Assembly (NCBI GenBank): GCA_021163005.1
Contig: JAGGXP010000018.1
Span: 1 to 56,983, forward strand
Length of the DNA: 56,983 nucleotides
Reading direction: 5' to 3'
DNA from: Candidatus Aenigmatarchaeota archaeon
GTDB lineage: Archaea > Aenigmatarchaeota > Aenigmatarchaeia > QMZP01 > JAFGSV01
Shown here: positions 37,099 to 45,861 of the stretch, in pieces
Numbering within the stretch: position 1 is the first letter of the stretch
How the letters are laid out: each line of letters opens with the position of its first letter
Translations under genes and position numbers: made by a program
The notes under the pieces: model-generated
What the model saw: only the letters and a program-made list of their open reading frames with translations
Database searches by the model: none
What the model was told of the DNA's origin: nothing

Positions 37099-37707
37099 TC
37101 AGGCATTAGGTATGCCTATGCCTTCGACCACTATCTTTCCTGAGTTGGCCTCGTTCATCCCCTTTTTGACATCATGGAATGTGACTGTCATGTCAGGTCT
37201 CACTGAAATGCCCATGACCTTTCCTGTGTCCGCGTCAAGCCCGGAAGGGCAGTCTATGGAAACCCGGAAGCAGTCAAGGCTGTTGAACAGCTTTATTGCA
37301 TCAGCGAACTCCGGCCGGACAGCGCCGCTGAGCCCTGTGCCCAGCATGGCGTCGACCGCTATGTCGGCACCGGTCCCTGCCGGATCCTCTGTTGTCTTTA
37401 TCCCCGGGCAGAGCTCTCTGATTATCCTGTAATTTTTTTCTGCCAGCGGGCTCATGTTCTTTGTTCCCGCAGGAAAAAACAGGGATATTTCTGCCCCTTT
37501 CATGAATGCGTGCCTGGCAAACACGAGCCCGTCTCCTGCGTTGTTGCCATTCCCGCAGAAGACTATTACCTTTTTTCCTGCCAGGTCAAAGAAGCCGTGG
37601 ACAGCAAGCGTGGCCCCGTAGCCGGCGTTCTCCATCATCATGGATTCATCCATGCCTGCCTTTGCTGCCTTTGCCTCAGCTTTCTTCATCTCAGAAACCG
37701 AAATCAT
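37099..37707 (-). CDS. nnrE: NAD(P)H-hydrate epimerase (YjeF N-terminal domain only)
   Basis: MENAGYG..., VIVFCGNGNNAGDG, and DAMLGTGL motifs. Confidence 0.8.
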   Translation of the reverse strand: MISVSEMKKAEAKAAKAGMDESMMMENAGYGATLAVHGFFDLAGKKVIVFCGNGNNAGDGLVFARHAFMKGAEISLFFPAGTKNMSPLAEKNYRIIRELCPGIKTTEDPAGTGADIAVDAMLGTGLSGAVRPEFADAIKLFNSLDCFRVSIDCPSGLDADTGKVMGISVRPDMTVTFHDVKKGMNEANSGKIVVEGIGIPNA

Positions 37708-37708
37708 T

Positions 37709-38272
37709 TCAATCCTCCACGAAGTCCGCCTTTATGCCGGCGCCGTCAAGCTTGTTTTTGAGCTCCCTGACAGCGGCCTGTATGTTCTTTATGCTGTCAG
37801 AGCCTGTGCATATTATCTTTCCTTCCGGGAGTATCAGAAAGTCAGCATTGTGCTCTTCGTCCATGTAGACAACACCCTCTATGCCGCCTGAAGCCTTTTC
37901 TGCTCCCTCAAGTGCCTGAGAAACGGCATCAAGGTCGAACGGTTTGTCCATCCTGAAAGCAGCCACTATCCTCTCGATGTCTATCTCAGGTTCGCTGTCG
38001 ATGGAGACACCCACACTTCTCAGCTTTTCGAGAACAACGCCTATGGCTTTTCTGGCGTCCTGTATGCTCTTAGGGCCTGTGCAGACTATCCTTCCCGAGG
38101 GGAATATGAGTGCTGTGGCCTTCGGCTCCCTTACCCTGTAAACGACACCCTGCGACTCCTCGCTCTCGTATTCGGTGTTTTCTTCTGAGGTCACGAGCTT
38201 CTCGATGGGAATTGCTGTCATGAGATTGGCGACAGCTGTCACATCCTCTATCCTGACCGGAAGAACGCCCAT
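37709..38272 (-). CDS. Divergent TBP-like protein (second TBP paralog)
   Basis: Two TBP repeats are recognisable (ALIFPSGRIVCTGPKS and FLILPEGKIICTGSDS). The EQFPGL motifs are replaced by EESQGV and GGIEGV. Confidence 0.7.
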   Translation of the reverse strand: MGVLPVRIEDVTAVANLMTAIPIEKLVTSEENTEYESEESQGVVYRVREPKATALIFPSGRIVCTGPKSIQDARKAIGVVLEKLRSVGVSIDSEPEIDIERIVAAFRMDKPFDLDAVSQALEGAEKASGGIEGVVYMDEEHNADFLILPEGKIICTGSDSIKNIQAAVRELKNKLDGAGIKADFVED

Positions 38273-38311
38273 AATACCAGCTTTTATTTTTTAGTTTAAT
38301 AGAATATTAAT

Positions 38312-38647
38312 ATGGTTAAGAAAAAGCTTTACATCTATTCGAATGTCATCGGCCTGCTTGTGGGATTAATATTCTGCTTTGCGACGTACGGACCCATAGG
38401 GTTGGCAATAGGACTCATATCTCAGGTGGTATTCGGCATCACGCTTCTGCTCGGCTTCATACCCGTGATAGGGGTGATAATCTACGCATGGCTCGCATGG
38501 TTCAACTACATGCCGTGGGTTGTTTCTGTATTCGGGGTGGAATGGGCATGGTCCATAACAGCCCTTTTCCTCTTCAACCTGATTATCTCGATAGGCTGCA
38601 CCGTCCAGGCAATAATAAGGATATTCACTGTGTACTGGCGTTTTTAA
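38312..38647 (+). CDS. Small membrane protein (3-4 TM), unknown function
   Basis: Almost entirely hydrophobic translation. Confidence 0.5.
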   Translation: MVKKKLYIYSNVIGLLVGLIFCFATYGPIGLAIGLISQVVFGITLLLGFIPVIGVIIYAWLAWFNYMPWVVSVFGVEWAWSITALFLFNLIISIGCTVQAIIRIFTVYWRF

Positions 38648-38846
38648 TCAATAGGTGGGTTGAATTGCCTAAAGACGACTTTGTCCACACTGCGCATGTC
38701 GTCGGTGTGCGTTTCTGTTTGGAGTGTCCGACTATGCACTATAATGATGATGCAGCGGTGTGCGTTCCTGTTCGAACAGTGCGATTGTGCTATGTTTACT
38801 ATGAATTAGTTTCTGCATGTTTCTGTTTTAACCGCGCCTTGCGTGT

Positions 38847-39112
38847 CTCGGCCAGAAAAGGCTTACTGAGCTGTGCATGACAGTGTGAACCGTGCGCACT
38901 CATATTTTCCCTTAAGGCTTTTTCATGCCTCGGCCAGAAAAGGCTTACTGAGCTTCGGATAACTGTTTGCGCTGTCCGAACTCATCTTTTCCCTTAAGGA
39001 TTTTTCATGCCTCGGCCAGAAAAGGCTTACTGAGCTTCGGATAACTGTTTGCGCTGTCCGAACTCATATTTTCCCTTAAGGCTTTTTCATGCCTCGGCCA
39101 GAAAAGGCTTAA
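38847..39112 (-). repeat. Tandem repeat with an 82-nt period, 3.2 copies, abutting the 3' end of tRNA-Leu
   Basis: Units start at 38847 (degenerate), 38929, 39011 and 39093 (partial). It is the reverse complement of the array at 1-149. Each unit has a 9-bp hairpin (gagttcgga...tccgaagctc) and a 20-codon micro-ORF. Confidence 0.9.
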
Positions 39113-39570
39113 TGCGGGGGGCAGGATTCTCTGCAGCCCTTTGACATTTCCCGCTTCCGGAGGGAGTCGCACTTTCCATGGGCACACTTTTCCGCTTTTT
39201 GCTGCCAGCGCACTTTCCATGGGCGCATGTTCTTGGAAGCGCATTAACTATTCGCGGAAGCATGGCTTCGTTGTATTTCCATCCGTTCTGGCGGCAGCCT
39301 TACTTTCCGGGAGCTTGGTGTTGGAAGCGCCTTATATTGGCGGCAGCCTTACTTTCCGGGGCGCGCTTTTGAGCGCCTGCATGCTCAAAAGTTCTGGCGG
39401 CAGCCTTACTTTCCGGGGCGCGCTTTTGAGCGCCTGCATGCTCAAAAGGGTGCATTCGAACCTGCGAAGGCACTAAGCCACTAGGCCCTGAACCTAGCCC
39501 CTTAGACCGTTCCCGAGCCCTGCGCGTTTTCGGGTGCGCTTCTCCAAAAGGGCTTCTCGGGTACCCCCGC
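39113..39570 (-). tRNA. tRNA-Leu (anticodon CAG), class II, with a 44-nt D-loop intron and a 328-nt T-loop insert/intron
   Basis: Acceptor GCGGGGG/CCCCCGC plus discriminator A. D-arm CCC-GAGAA[intron]CGGTCTAA-GGG. Anticodon arm CTAGG-TTCAGGG-CCTAG (CAG at 39488-39490). Variable arm GGC-TTAGT-GCC. T-arm GCAGG-TTCGAAT[39126-39453]CCTGC. Confidence 0.75.
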
Positions 39571-39595
39571 ATGTATAGCTATATTATGCGCCGCG

Positions 39596-39607
39596 GTTTT
39601 TAAAAAT
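39596..39607 (-). promoter_or_regulatory. TATA-like box for tRNA-Leu
   Basis: tttttaaaaa lies about 27-37 nt upstream of the tRNA 5' end at 39570. Confidence 0.45.
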
Positions 39608-39621
39608 AGGAGCATCGAGGT

Positions 39622-40740
39622 TTATTCGTATCTGATAGCTTCTATTGGATTAAGCCGCGATGCCTGCCTTGCAGGCGCCATGCCAGCCAAAGCTCCTATG
39701 GCCATAAGAAATGCCGTGGATTCCAGCGCCAGGGAAGGCGTTATCACAGCAGTGAACGAGCCTCCGAGGAAGCCGTTGATGAACTGCACGACAACTACTG
39801 AAAGCACAAGCCCCGCCACCGAGCCGGCGAATGTTATGGCCAGGGATTCGGCCATTATTTCAATCAGTATGTGGCGGTTGGTGGCGCCCACAGCCTTCAT
39901 GACGCCTATCTCCCTTCTCCTCTCGCGGACAGCCATGAACATGACGTTCATTATCACTATACCCGCTATAAACGAAGCTATGGAGCCCATGGCGAATGTC
40001 ATGGCACTCATCTGGTCTGTCAGTTGCTCTGCGAATTTCCGGACATCCTCATCAGTGCCTGCCTTTATCTCTTCTGAATCCCCGTATTCATCATTTATGA
40101 AATCAGCGATGCTTCTCGCCTCGGACACGTCTTCGGGCTTTATTATGACCATCGTCACTTCACCGTCCATCCCGAGGACATCCTGCGCCTTGGCGAGGGT
40201 TGTAATGACACTGTCGTCATCTTCAGTGCCCATCTCCTCGTATATGCCGACAACCTCGAAACTTCTCCCGCCTATTTTCAGGGAATCCCCGACACCGGCA
40301 TCGAGCCTTTCGGCTGCCTTGTAGCCGAGCACCACCTCGTCGGCGCCCTCTTCCGGCGTCCTGCCCTCATCGAGCTCTACTGAGAAGCCGGAAAACATGT
40401 CAACCTTGCTGAAGTCTATGCCCCCGAACCAGCCCACTTCCGGAGTCGTTCCCATGACGAAGCCGCTGATGTCTTCAATGCCGGGTATGTCCGCGAGTTC
40501 GTCTATGACATTCTCGTCCACTTTGCTGTACATTATGCCTTCGAAGCTTATGTCTTGCTTTATCACGGTTATAAGGCCTGAGCTGTAGGCCAGCTGCTGG
40601 TCCACGAATATCTTTATGCCCTCACTGAACGACCCGAGGCTGACAATGAGCAGGATGCCTATGGCAACGCCTGTTATGGTGAGACCTGTCCTGAGCTTGT
40701 GCCTCATGAGTTCGCCGAGAAGCATGTCATACATCATCAT
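39622..40740 (-). CDS. ABC transporter permease, FtsX/MacB-type
   Basis: N-terminal TM, a large extracytoplasmic domain, and a C-terminal 3-TM FtsX module (REIGVMKAVGAT). Confidence 0.8.
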   Translation of the reverse strand: MMMYDMLLGELMRHKLRTGLTITGVAIGILLIVSLGSFSEGIKIFVDQQLAYSSGLITVIKQDISFEGIMYSKVDENVIDELADIPGIEDISGFVMGTTPEVGWFGGIDFSKVDMFSGFSVELDEGRTPEEGADEVVLGYKAAERLDAGVGDSLKIGGRSFEVVGIYEEMGTEDDDSVITTLAKAQDVLGMDGEVTMVIIKPEDVSEARSIADFINDEYGDSEEIKAGTDEDVRKFAEQLTDQMSAMTFAMGSIASFIAGIVIMNVMFMAVRERRREIGVMKAVGATNRHILIEIMAESLAITFAGSVAGLVLSVVVVQFINGFLGGSFTAVITPSLALESTAFLMAIGALAGMAPARQASRLNPIEAIRYE

Positions 40741-40744
40741 ATCA

Positions 40745-41860
40745 TCAGCTCCTTATGGCTTCAATCGGGTCCGTCCTGCTGGCCTTCCATGCAGGGTACA
40801 ACGCAGACACAATTGACAGCATTATGCCGTACAGGAAGGCGCCTGCAGCCAGAGCCGGCGTTACGGCGGCTATCTGCATGCCCGCAAGAAGTGTGTTGTT
40901 GACAACACCCACAAGCATGTATCCTATCAGAAGCCCGGCTATGCCGCTCACTATTGACATGATCAGGGACTCCTGGAGTATCTGCATCATTATCACGTGC
41001 GTGGACGCCCCCACAGCCTTCATTATGCCGAGCTGGCGTTTCCGCTCGGCTATACTGCTTATCATGGTTATTATGATGCCGACGGCGGCGACAAGTGAGG
41101 TTATCACGCCTATGCCTATTGTTATTAATCCTATTGTGCCCACGATATTGCCTGCCCTTGCCAGCATGTCCTCGGTAGTCATGGCATCATAATCCTCGTA
41201 TTCGTCCCTTATCTGCTCCTTTATGGCATCGGCCTGGGTTATGTCCCCCGGCTTTATCAGCACCACGGTGGCCTTGCCTTCCATGTCCAGCAGGTCCTGT
41301 GCAAGCCTGTAGGGCAGCGCTATCATCATGTTCAGGCCCCTCATCTCTCCGGCATCTATGATGCCTACCACCGTGAGCTTCCTGTTCTCTATCTTCAATT
41401 CGTCCCCTACATTCAGGTTCCGGGCCTCTGCAAAGTCCTTGCCTACAACAACACTGTCGGTGTCATCATCGAAGAACCATCCTCCTTCCTTGAAATCCAC
41501 GTCGGCCATCTGCATGAAGCCCCTGTCCTTCTCCTCAATGCCTATGAGGGGCACTGAACCCAGATAGTTCGTTCTTATGATGGGAACCGCGTCATCGACG
41601 CCGTTCATGGCTTTGAAGTCGTCCACGATGTCCTCGTCGAATGCCGGTATCATAGGGGCGCCGAGTCCTGCTGTTATCTTCTTGGTTACTATTATCTTGT
41701 CCGCTCCCATCTGCCTGAGCGTATCCTTCACCATGGCGTCCATGCCGGCTGATATGGAGCCCAGTGAAACAATGGCTGCTATGGCTATCACTATGCCCAG
41801 AGATGTAAGAAATGTCCTCAGCTTGTGCTCTGTGAGCTCTTTGGCAGAGAGGTCGAGCAT
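40745..41860 (-). CDS. ABC transporter permease, FtsX/MacB-type (paralog)
   Basis: Same architecture as the neighbouring permease (RQLGIMKAVGAS). Confidence 0.8.
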   Translation of the reverse strand: MLDLSAKELTEHKLRTFLTSLGIVIAIAAIVSLGSISAGMDAMVKDTLRQMGADKIIVTKKITAGLGAPMIPAFDEDIVDDFKAMNGVDDAVPIIRTNYLGSVPLIGIEEKDRGFMQMADVDFKEGGWFFDDDTDSVVVGKDFAEARNLNVGDELKIENRKLTVVGIIDAGEMRGLNMMIALPYRLAQDLLDMEGKATVVLIKPGDITQADAIKEQIRDEYEDYDAMTTEDMLARAGNIVGTIGLITIGIGVITSLVAAVGIIITMISSIAERKRQLGIMKAVGASTHVIMMQILQESLIMSIVSGIAGLLIGYMLVGVVNNTLLAGMQIAAVTPALAAGAFLYGIMLSIVSALYPAWKASRTDPIEAIRS

Positions 41861-41861
41861 G

Positions 41862-42578
41862 CTATCTCCTCCTCTTTCTGGAAGCCTTCCGTTCTTCCCT
41901 CTCCACCTTTCCGTCCTTTATGTAAATCCTCCTGTCCGCCCTTTGTGCAAGGCCGAGATGGTGAGTCACAACCACTATGGTTTTTCCCATCTTTCTGTTC
42001 AGGCTTTCGAGAAGCTCCACAATCTCCTGACCGGATTTCGTGTCGAGGTTGCCTGTGGGCTCGTCCGCAAGAATAATATCAGGGTCATTTATCAGAGATC
42101 TTGCTATCGCCACCCTCTGCTGCTGTCCCCCGGAAAGCTGGTTGGGTTTGTGTCCCATCCTGTCGGTGAGTCCCACCTTTTTCAGCAGCTCCCTGGCCCT
42201 GCGTACGGCTTCCCCCCTGCCCACGCCGGCAAAACGCATAGGCAGTGCCACATTTTCCACAGCAGTGAGAGTGTTCACGAGGTTGTATGCCTGGAAGACG
42301 AACCCGAGCTTCTCCCTTCTGACAACTGCAAGCTCATTATCCTTCATCTTCGAGACATCGATGCCCTCTATGAAGACCCTGCCTTTTGTCGGGCTGTCGA
42401 GGCATCCCATTATGTGCATGAGCGTGCTCTTTCCGGAGCCGCTCGGGCCTATTATCGCTACGTATTCGCCGTTCTCTATTTCAATATCTATGCCGCAGAG
42501 CGCATTTGTCACGACATCCTCGCCCATGCGGTACTGCTTGGTTATCTTCTCAAGTTTAAAGACTGCCCTTTTTGCCAT
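41862..42578 (-). CDS. ABC transporter ATP-binding protein (MacB/LolD-like)
   Basis: Walker [10 protein letters not shown], signature LSGGQQQR, and Walker B ILADEPT. Trimmed to the ATG at 42578. Confidence 0.9.
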   Translation of the reverse strand: MAKRAVFKLEKITKQYRMGEDVVTNALCGIDIEIENGEYVAIIGPSGSGKSTLMHIMGCLDSPTKGRVFIEGIDVSKMKDNELAVVRREKLGFVFQAYNLVNTLTAVENVALPMRFAGVGRGEAVRRARELLKKVGLTDRMGHKPNQLSGGQQQRVAIARSLINDPDIILADEPTGNLDTKSGQEIVELLESLNRKMGKTIVVVTHHLGLAQRADRRIYIKDGKVEREERKASRKRRR

Positions 42579-42597
42579 AAAATCACCGGAAGGAGAC

Positions 42598-43770
42598 TCA
42601 TTTCCTTCTGAGCTTTTTCCTGAGTCTCCAGATGTAATAGCCTTCTGCAGCTGCCAGCACAAGAAGCCCGTACACTGCCAGAGGAGAAACCCCTGATTCG
42701 CTGCTAGTGTTGGGCTTTTCGATGTACACGTCGAGACTCTTCGTGTGGAGCATGTTACTCTCGTCGTAGTAGCTGATGTTCAGGATGCCTGCGCCTGCTT
42801 CGTAGTCGGCGAACCTCACCGCCTTGTATTTGCCGGCCTTTATCTCGCTGACGACAGACACGCCCCTGTTCTCCCCGTTCTGCACGAGGGCTATCTTTAT
42901 GCCTTTCGCGGACGCCGTTCCTATGTTGTTCATCTCCACCTTGAATTCGTTCCTCTCAATCTCGCTGTTGAGAACCTCGAGTATGGGCCTGCCTTCTATC
43001 GGGAGGCCTACGTCGTACTGAACAGAGCCGTCTTCGCCGCTCTCAGTGGTGTATTCTATGTCAAGGGATGACATGTAGGTCTTGTACTCGGCGTCGTTGT
43101 CCACCCTGAGCGTGAACTCAGCTGTCTTCTCCTCACCGGGTCCGAAGTCTCCTATGTAATAGAAGCCGCCGGACAGCGCCGGGAATATAAGCTTCTCACC
43201 TGTCACTGCGTCAGCTTCTGCGTCAAGGCTTGCCTGCGCATGCGACGCCTTTCCAGAACCCTCGTTAAGCAGAGTTACACTTACCCTGACCTCATCTCCA
43301 GGCTGTACCCTTGAAGGCTCGGTTGTTATGTCCTTTATGACTATTTTGGGCGTCCCCTGGACAACTATGGGCATATTCTTGGTGATATATGAGTCCGGGT
43401 TATTCGGCGGATAATACCTGAATTCCAGGTCGTATGTCGATGATACAGCACTTTCCGATACCTTGAACTTGTAGGTCTCTGTCACGCTCTTGAGCGCATC
43501 TATCCTTGCAAACGTCTTCACGGAATCCTCTCCGGGAAGCAGCGTGAACGGCTCGCTTGGCACCACCTCAAGGGTTATGCTGCCCGATGTGCTGCCGTTG
43601 TTCTGGAAGGCCACCTCGACATTCACTATGCCGCCGGGTTCCACAGGGTAAGGGGTCTGCTTGTTGAGCACGAGCGCCACCTCTGACGATGACTGAGCCG
43701 CAGCCAGTGAAGACTGCATCAGTGCGCCGATGACCAGCACAGCAAACACAATCGCTGTTGAGTTTTTCAT
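42598..43770 (-). CDS. Secreted surface protein with Ig-like (CARDB/COG1361-like) repeats and a C-terminal TM anchor
   Basis: Signal peptide [27 protein letters not shown] after a GGAGG SD. C-terminal hydrophobic helix followed by RLRKKLRRK. Confidence 0.55.
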   Translation of the reverse strand: MKNSTAIVFAVLVIGALMQSSLAAAQSSSEVALVLNKQTPYPVEPGGIVNVEVAFQNNGSTSGSITLEVVPSEPFTLLPGEDSVKTFARIDALKSVTETYKFKVSESAVSSTYDLEFRYYPPNNPDSYITKNMPIVVQGTPKIVIKDITTEPSRVQPGDEVRVSVTLLNEGSGKASHAQASLDAEADAVTGEKLIFPALSGGFYYIGDFGPGEEKTAEFTLRVDNDAEYKTYMSSLDIEYTTESGEDGSVQYDVGLPIEGRPILEVLNSEIERNEFKVEMNNIGTASAKGIKIALVQNGENRGVSVVSEIKAGKYKAVRFADYEAGAGILNISYYDESNMLHTKSLDVYIEKPNTSSESGVSPLAVYGLLVLAAAEGYYIWRLRKKLRRK

Positions 43771-43798
43771 AATATATACCTCCATTCTTAAGATAACA

Positions 43799-44290
43799 TC
43801 ACTTCAGACCTGCCTTCTTTTCGGCCTCTTTGAGCATATCCGGAATCTTCTCCACAAAGGACTCCATGACAAGCATCATCCTGTAATGCCTCTGCATTAT
43901 CTCCACTTCCTCATTCGTGCATCCGGAGCTTTTGCAGCGCTTTATTATATCGGGGAGCCTTGCCTTAAATGTTGCCATCATGCCCATCACATTTTTCATG
44001 TTCTGCTGCATCATCTTCATCATGTCCTTCTCCATGTACAGGAAAACCTTCCTCGAGCCGGGCTTTCTGATTCTTTTCACCATTCCCATGTTTGTAAGCA
44101 TCCTCGCGGATGTGCTGACAGCGGAGAGACTGTACCCCGTCCTTCCCGCAAGCTCGTCAAGCGATACTTCGCGCGGTTCTGCCATCAGTATGCCGCGTAT
44201 CTTCGATGATACGGCACCCAGTCCCATACTCCTGCCTGTTTCCGCAATGAGCTCTATGTATTCATCCTTCGCTGTCATGGACATAAACAT
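43799..44290 (-). CDS. Winged-helix transcription regulator (GbsR/MarR-like, COG1510-type)
   Basis: LDELAGRTGYSLSAVSTSARMLTNMGMVKRIRKPGSRKVF is a wHTH pattern. First gene of the ABC operon. Confidence 0.55.
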   Translation of the reverse strand: MFMSMTAKDEYIELIAETGRSMGLGAVSSKIRGILMAEPREVSLDELAGRTGYSLSAVSTSARMLTNMGMVKRIRKPGSRKVFLYMEKDMMKMMQQNMKNVMGMMATFKARLPDIIKRCKSSGCTNEEVEIMQRHYRMMLVMESFVEKIPDMLKEAEKKAGLK

Positions 44291-44445
44291 CAACTTTCAC
44301 AAATTTCTGAAAGTTATGTATAATAAATACATTTGGTATATAAATGTTTGCCGGCAGGAAAGAACCTTTAAAAATTTATAAGTATTTAAGTAGGCATATA
44401 TTTAAGTCAAAACATTCATTAACAGTAAGATTATCAAGTGGTTTA

Positions 44446-44970
44446 ATGGGTAAAAGTGATAAGAAAGAGGATGCAGGGGCAAAGTCAGAGGCAAAGCCGC
44501 GGAAGGTGCCCGAAGAATCCAGGAAGAAGCGCATAAGCATAGTCAGGATAGGAGGCAGGGACCTCGACAGCTCCATGAAACTCATCAGTGCCATCACAAT
44601 GGTGCGCGGGGTAAGCTACACACTCGCCAACGCCATATCAAAGATTTCAGGTCTTGGTGAAAAGGACGTCGGCGAACTTTCAGAGGACGAGATAAAGAAG
44701 CTCGAGGACATGATGCAGAACCCCGCCAAATACGGCGTGCCGGAGTGGATGCTCAACAGGAGGGCCGACCCGGAGCACGGGGCCAACGCCCACAACGTGT
44801 CCGCCCAGCTGGAACTGAGGCATAAAATGGATATAAACGAGCTCAAGAAGGGCAAGTCGTACAGAGGCATAAGGCACATAACCCACCTTCCCGTGAGGGG
44901 TCAAAGGACAAGGAGTTCCTTCAGGAAATCCACAGCCGTGGGTGTCAGCAGGTCCAAAGCCAAGAAGTGA
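44446..44970 (+). CDS. rps13: 30S ribosomal protein S13 (uS13) with a Lys-rich N-terminal extension
   Basis: IVRIGGRDLDSSMKL..., YRGIRHITHLPVRGQRTR. Start set at the ATG at 44446. Confidence 0.9.
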   Translation: MGKSDKKEDAGAKSEAKPRKVPEESRKKRISIVRIGGRDLDSSMKLISAITMVRGVSYTLANAISKISGLGEKDVGELSEDEIKKLEDMMQNPAKYGVPEWMLNRRADPEHGANAHNVSAQLELRHKMDINELKKGKSYRGIRHITHLPVRGQRTRSSFRKSTAVGVSRSKAKK

Positions 44971-44975
44971 TTTTT

Positions 44976-45449
44976 ATGAGAAGTCTTTCAAAACGATTCA
45001 AGAAGCCGAGGATGTCCTGGGATTCCGACGATATAAAGGAAAGAAAGGACATCATGAAGACGTACGGACTCAGAAGGCGCAAGGAGATACTCGTCGCACA
45101 GGAGATTCTCAGGAACTACAGGAGAAGGGCGAGGGAACTCATCGCAGAACAGGATGAGGAGAAGGTCAAGCCGCTGATAGACAAGCTGGTAAAGCTCGGC
45201 CTGCTCCAGAAGGGGCAGGGGCTTGACGACGTCCTCGCGCTGACTGTGAACAACATACTCGACCGCAGACTTCAGACCATAGTATGGAGGAAGGGATTCG
45301 CAAGGACGCCGCTCCATTCAAGGCAGTGCATAACACATGGCCACGTCAGGATAGGCAAGAGGAAGACCATATCGCCTTCATACATAGTGCCTGTGAACGA
45401 TGAGGTGAAGATAAAGGTCGAAGCACTGGAAAGGGGTGGTAATGAATGA
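44976..45449 (+). CDS. rps4: 30S ribosomal protein S4 (uS4)
   Basis: YGLRRRKEI..., LDRRLQTIV..., [12 protein letters not shown] at 44976. Confidence 0.9.
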   Translation: MRSLSKRFKKPRMSWDSDDIKERKDIMKTYGLRRRKEILVAQEILRNYRRRARELIAEQDEEKVKPLIDKLVKLGLLQKGQGLDDVLALTVNNILDRRLQTIVWRKGFARTPLHSRQCITHGHVRIGKRKTISPSYIVPVNDEVKIKVEALERGGNE

Positions 45450-45838
45450 GCAAGGAAGCGAAATGGGGCATAGCGCACATATACTCAAGCGAAAACAACA
45501 CCATTATTCATATTACTGACATAACGGGCTCTGAGACCATATCGAGGGTTTCGGGCGGCATGGCGACCGACAGGGACAAGGACAAAGGCAAGGCGTTCCC
45601 TGCGATGAGGGCAGCCAGGAGAGCCGGAGAGGAGACACTTGAGAAGGGCATAACCGGCGTCCATCTGAGAATCAGGGCTCCGGGCGGGCACAAGAAGAAG
45701 ATACCCGGAGAAGGCGCCCAGCCGGCGATACGCGGCCTCATCAGGGCCGGTCTCAGGATAGGTTCCATAAAGGACGTCACGCCTGTTCCGCATGACACTA
45801 CGAGGAAGCCGGGCGGAAGGCGCGGGCGCAGAATGTAA
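45446..45838 (+). CDS. rps11: 30S ribosomal protein S11 (uS11)
   Basis: [19 protein letters not shown]... and ...[22 protein letters not shown]. Confidence 0.95.
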   Translation: MSKEAKWGIAHIYSSENNTIIHITDITGSETISRVSGGMATDRDKDKGKAFPAMRAARRAGEETLEKGITGVHLRIRAPGGHKKKIPGEGAQPAIRGLIRAGLRIGSIKDVTPVPHDTTRKPGGRRGRRM

Positions 45839-45861
45839 GCCCCAGTATATGGTGATATAAT

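Noticed and set aside
38743-38752. aatgatgatg resembles a C box (RUGAUGA) of a C/D sRNA.
   Set aside because: No CUGA D box or C'/D' motifs occur at a suitable distance on that strand.
38705-38830. The short motif gcgtt(t/c)ctgtt occurs three times here, plus one variant (gcatgtttctgtt), and once inside the tRNA-Ser insert (about 27750).
   Set aside because: It is too short and degenerate to interpret without genome-wide statistics. It is noted only as a possible further link between the two tRNA-associated repeat regions.
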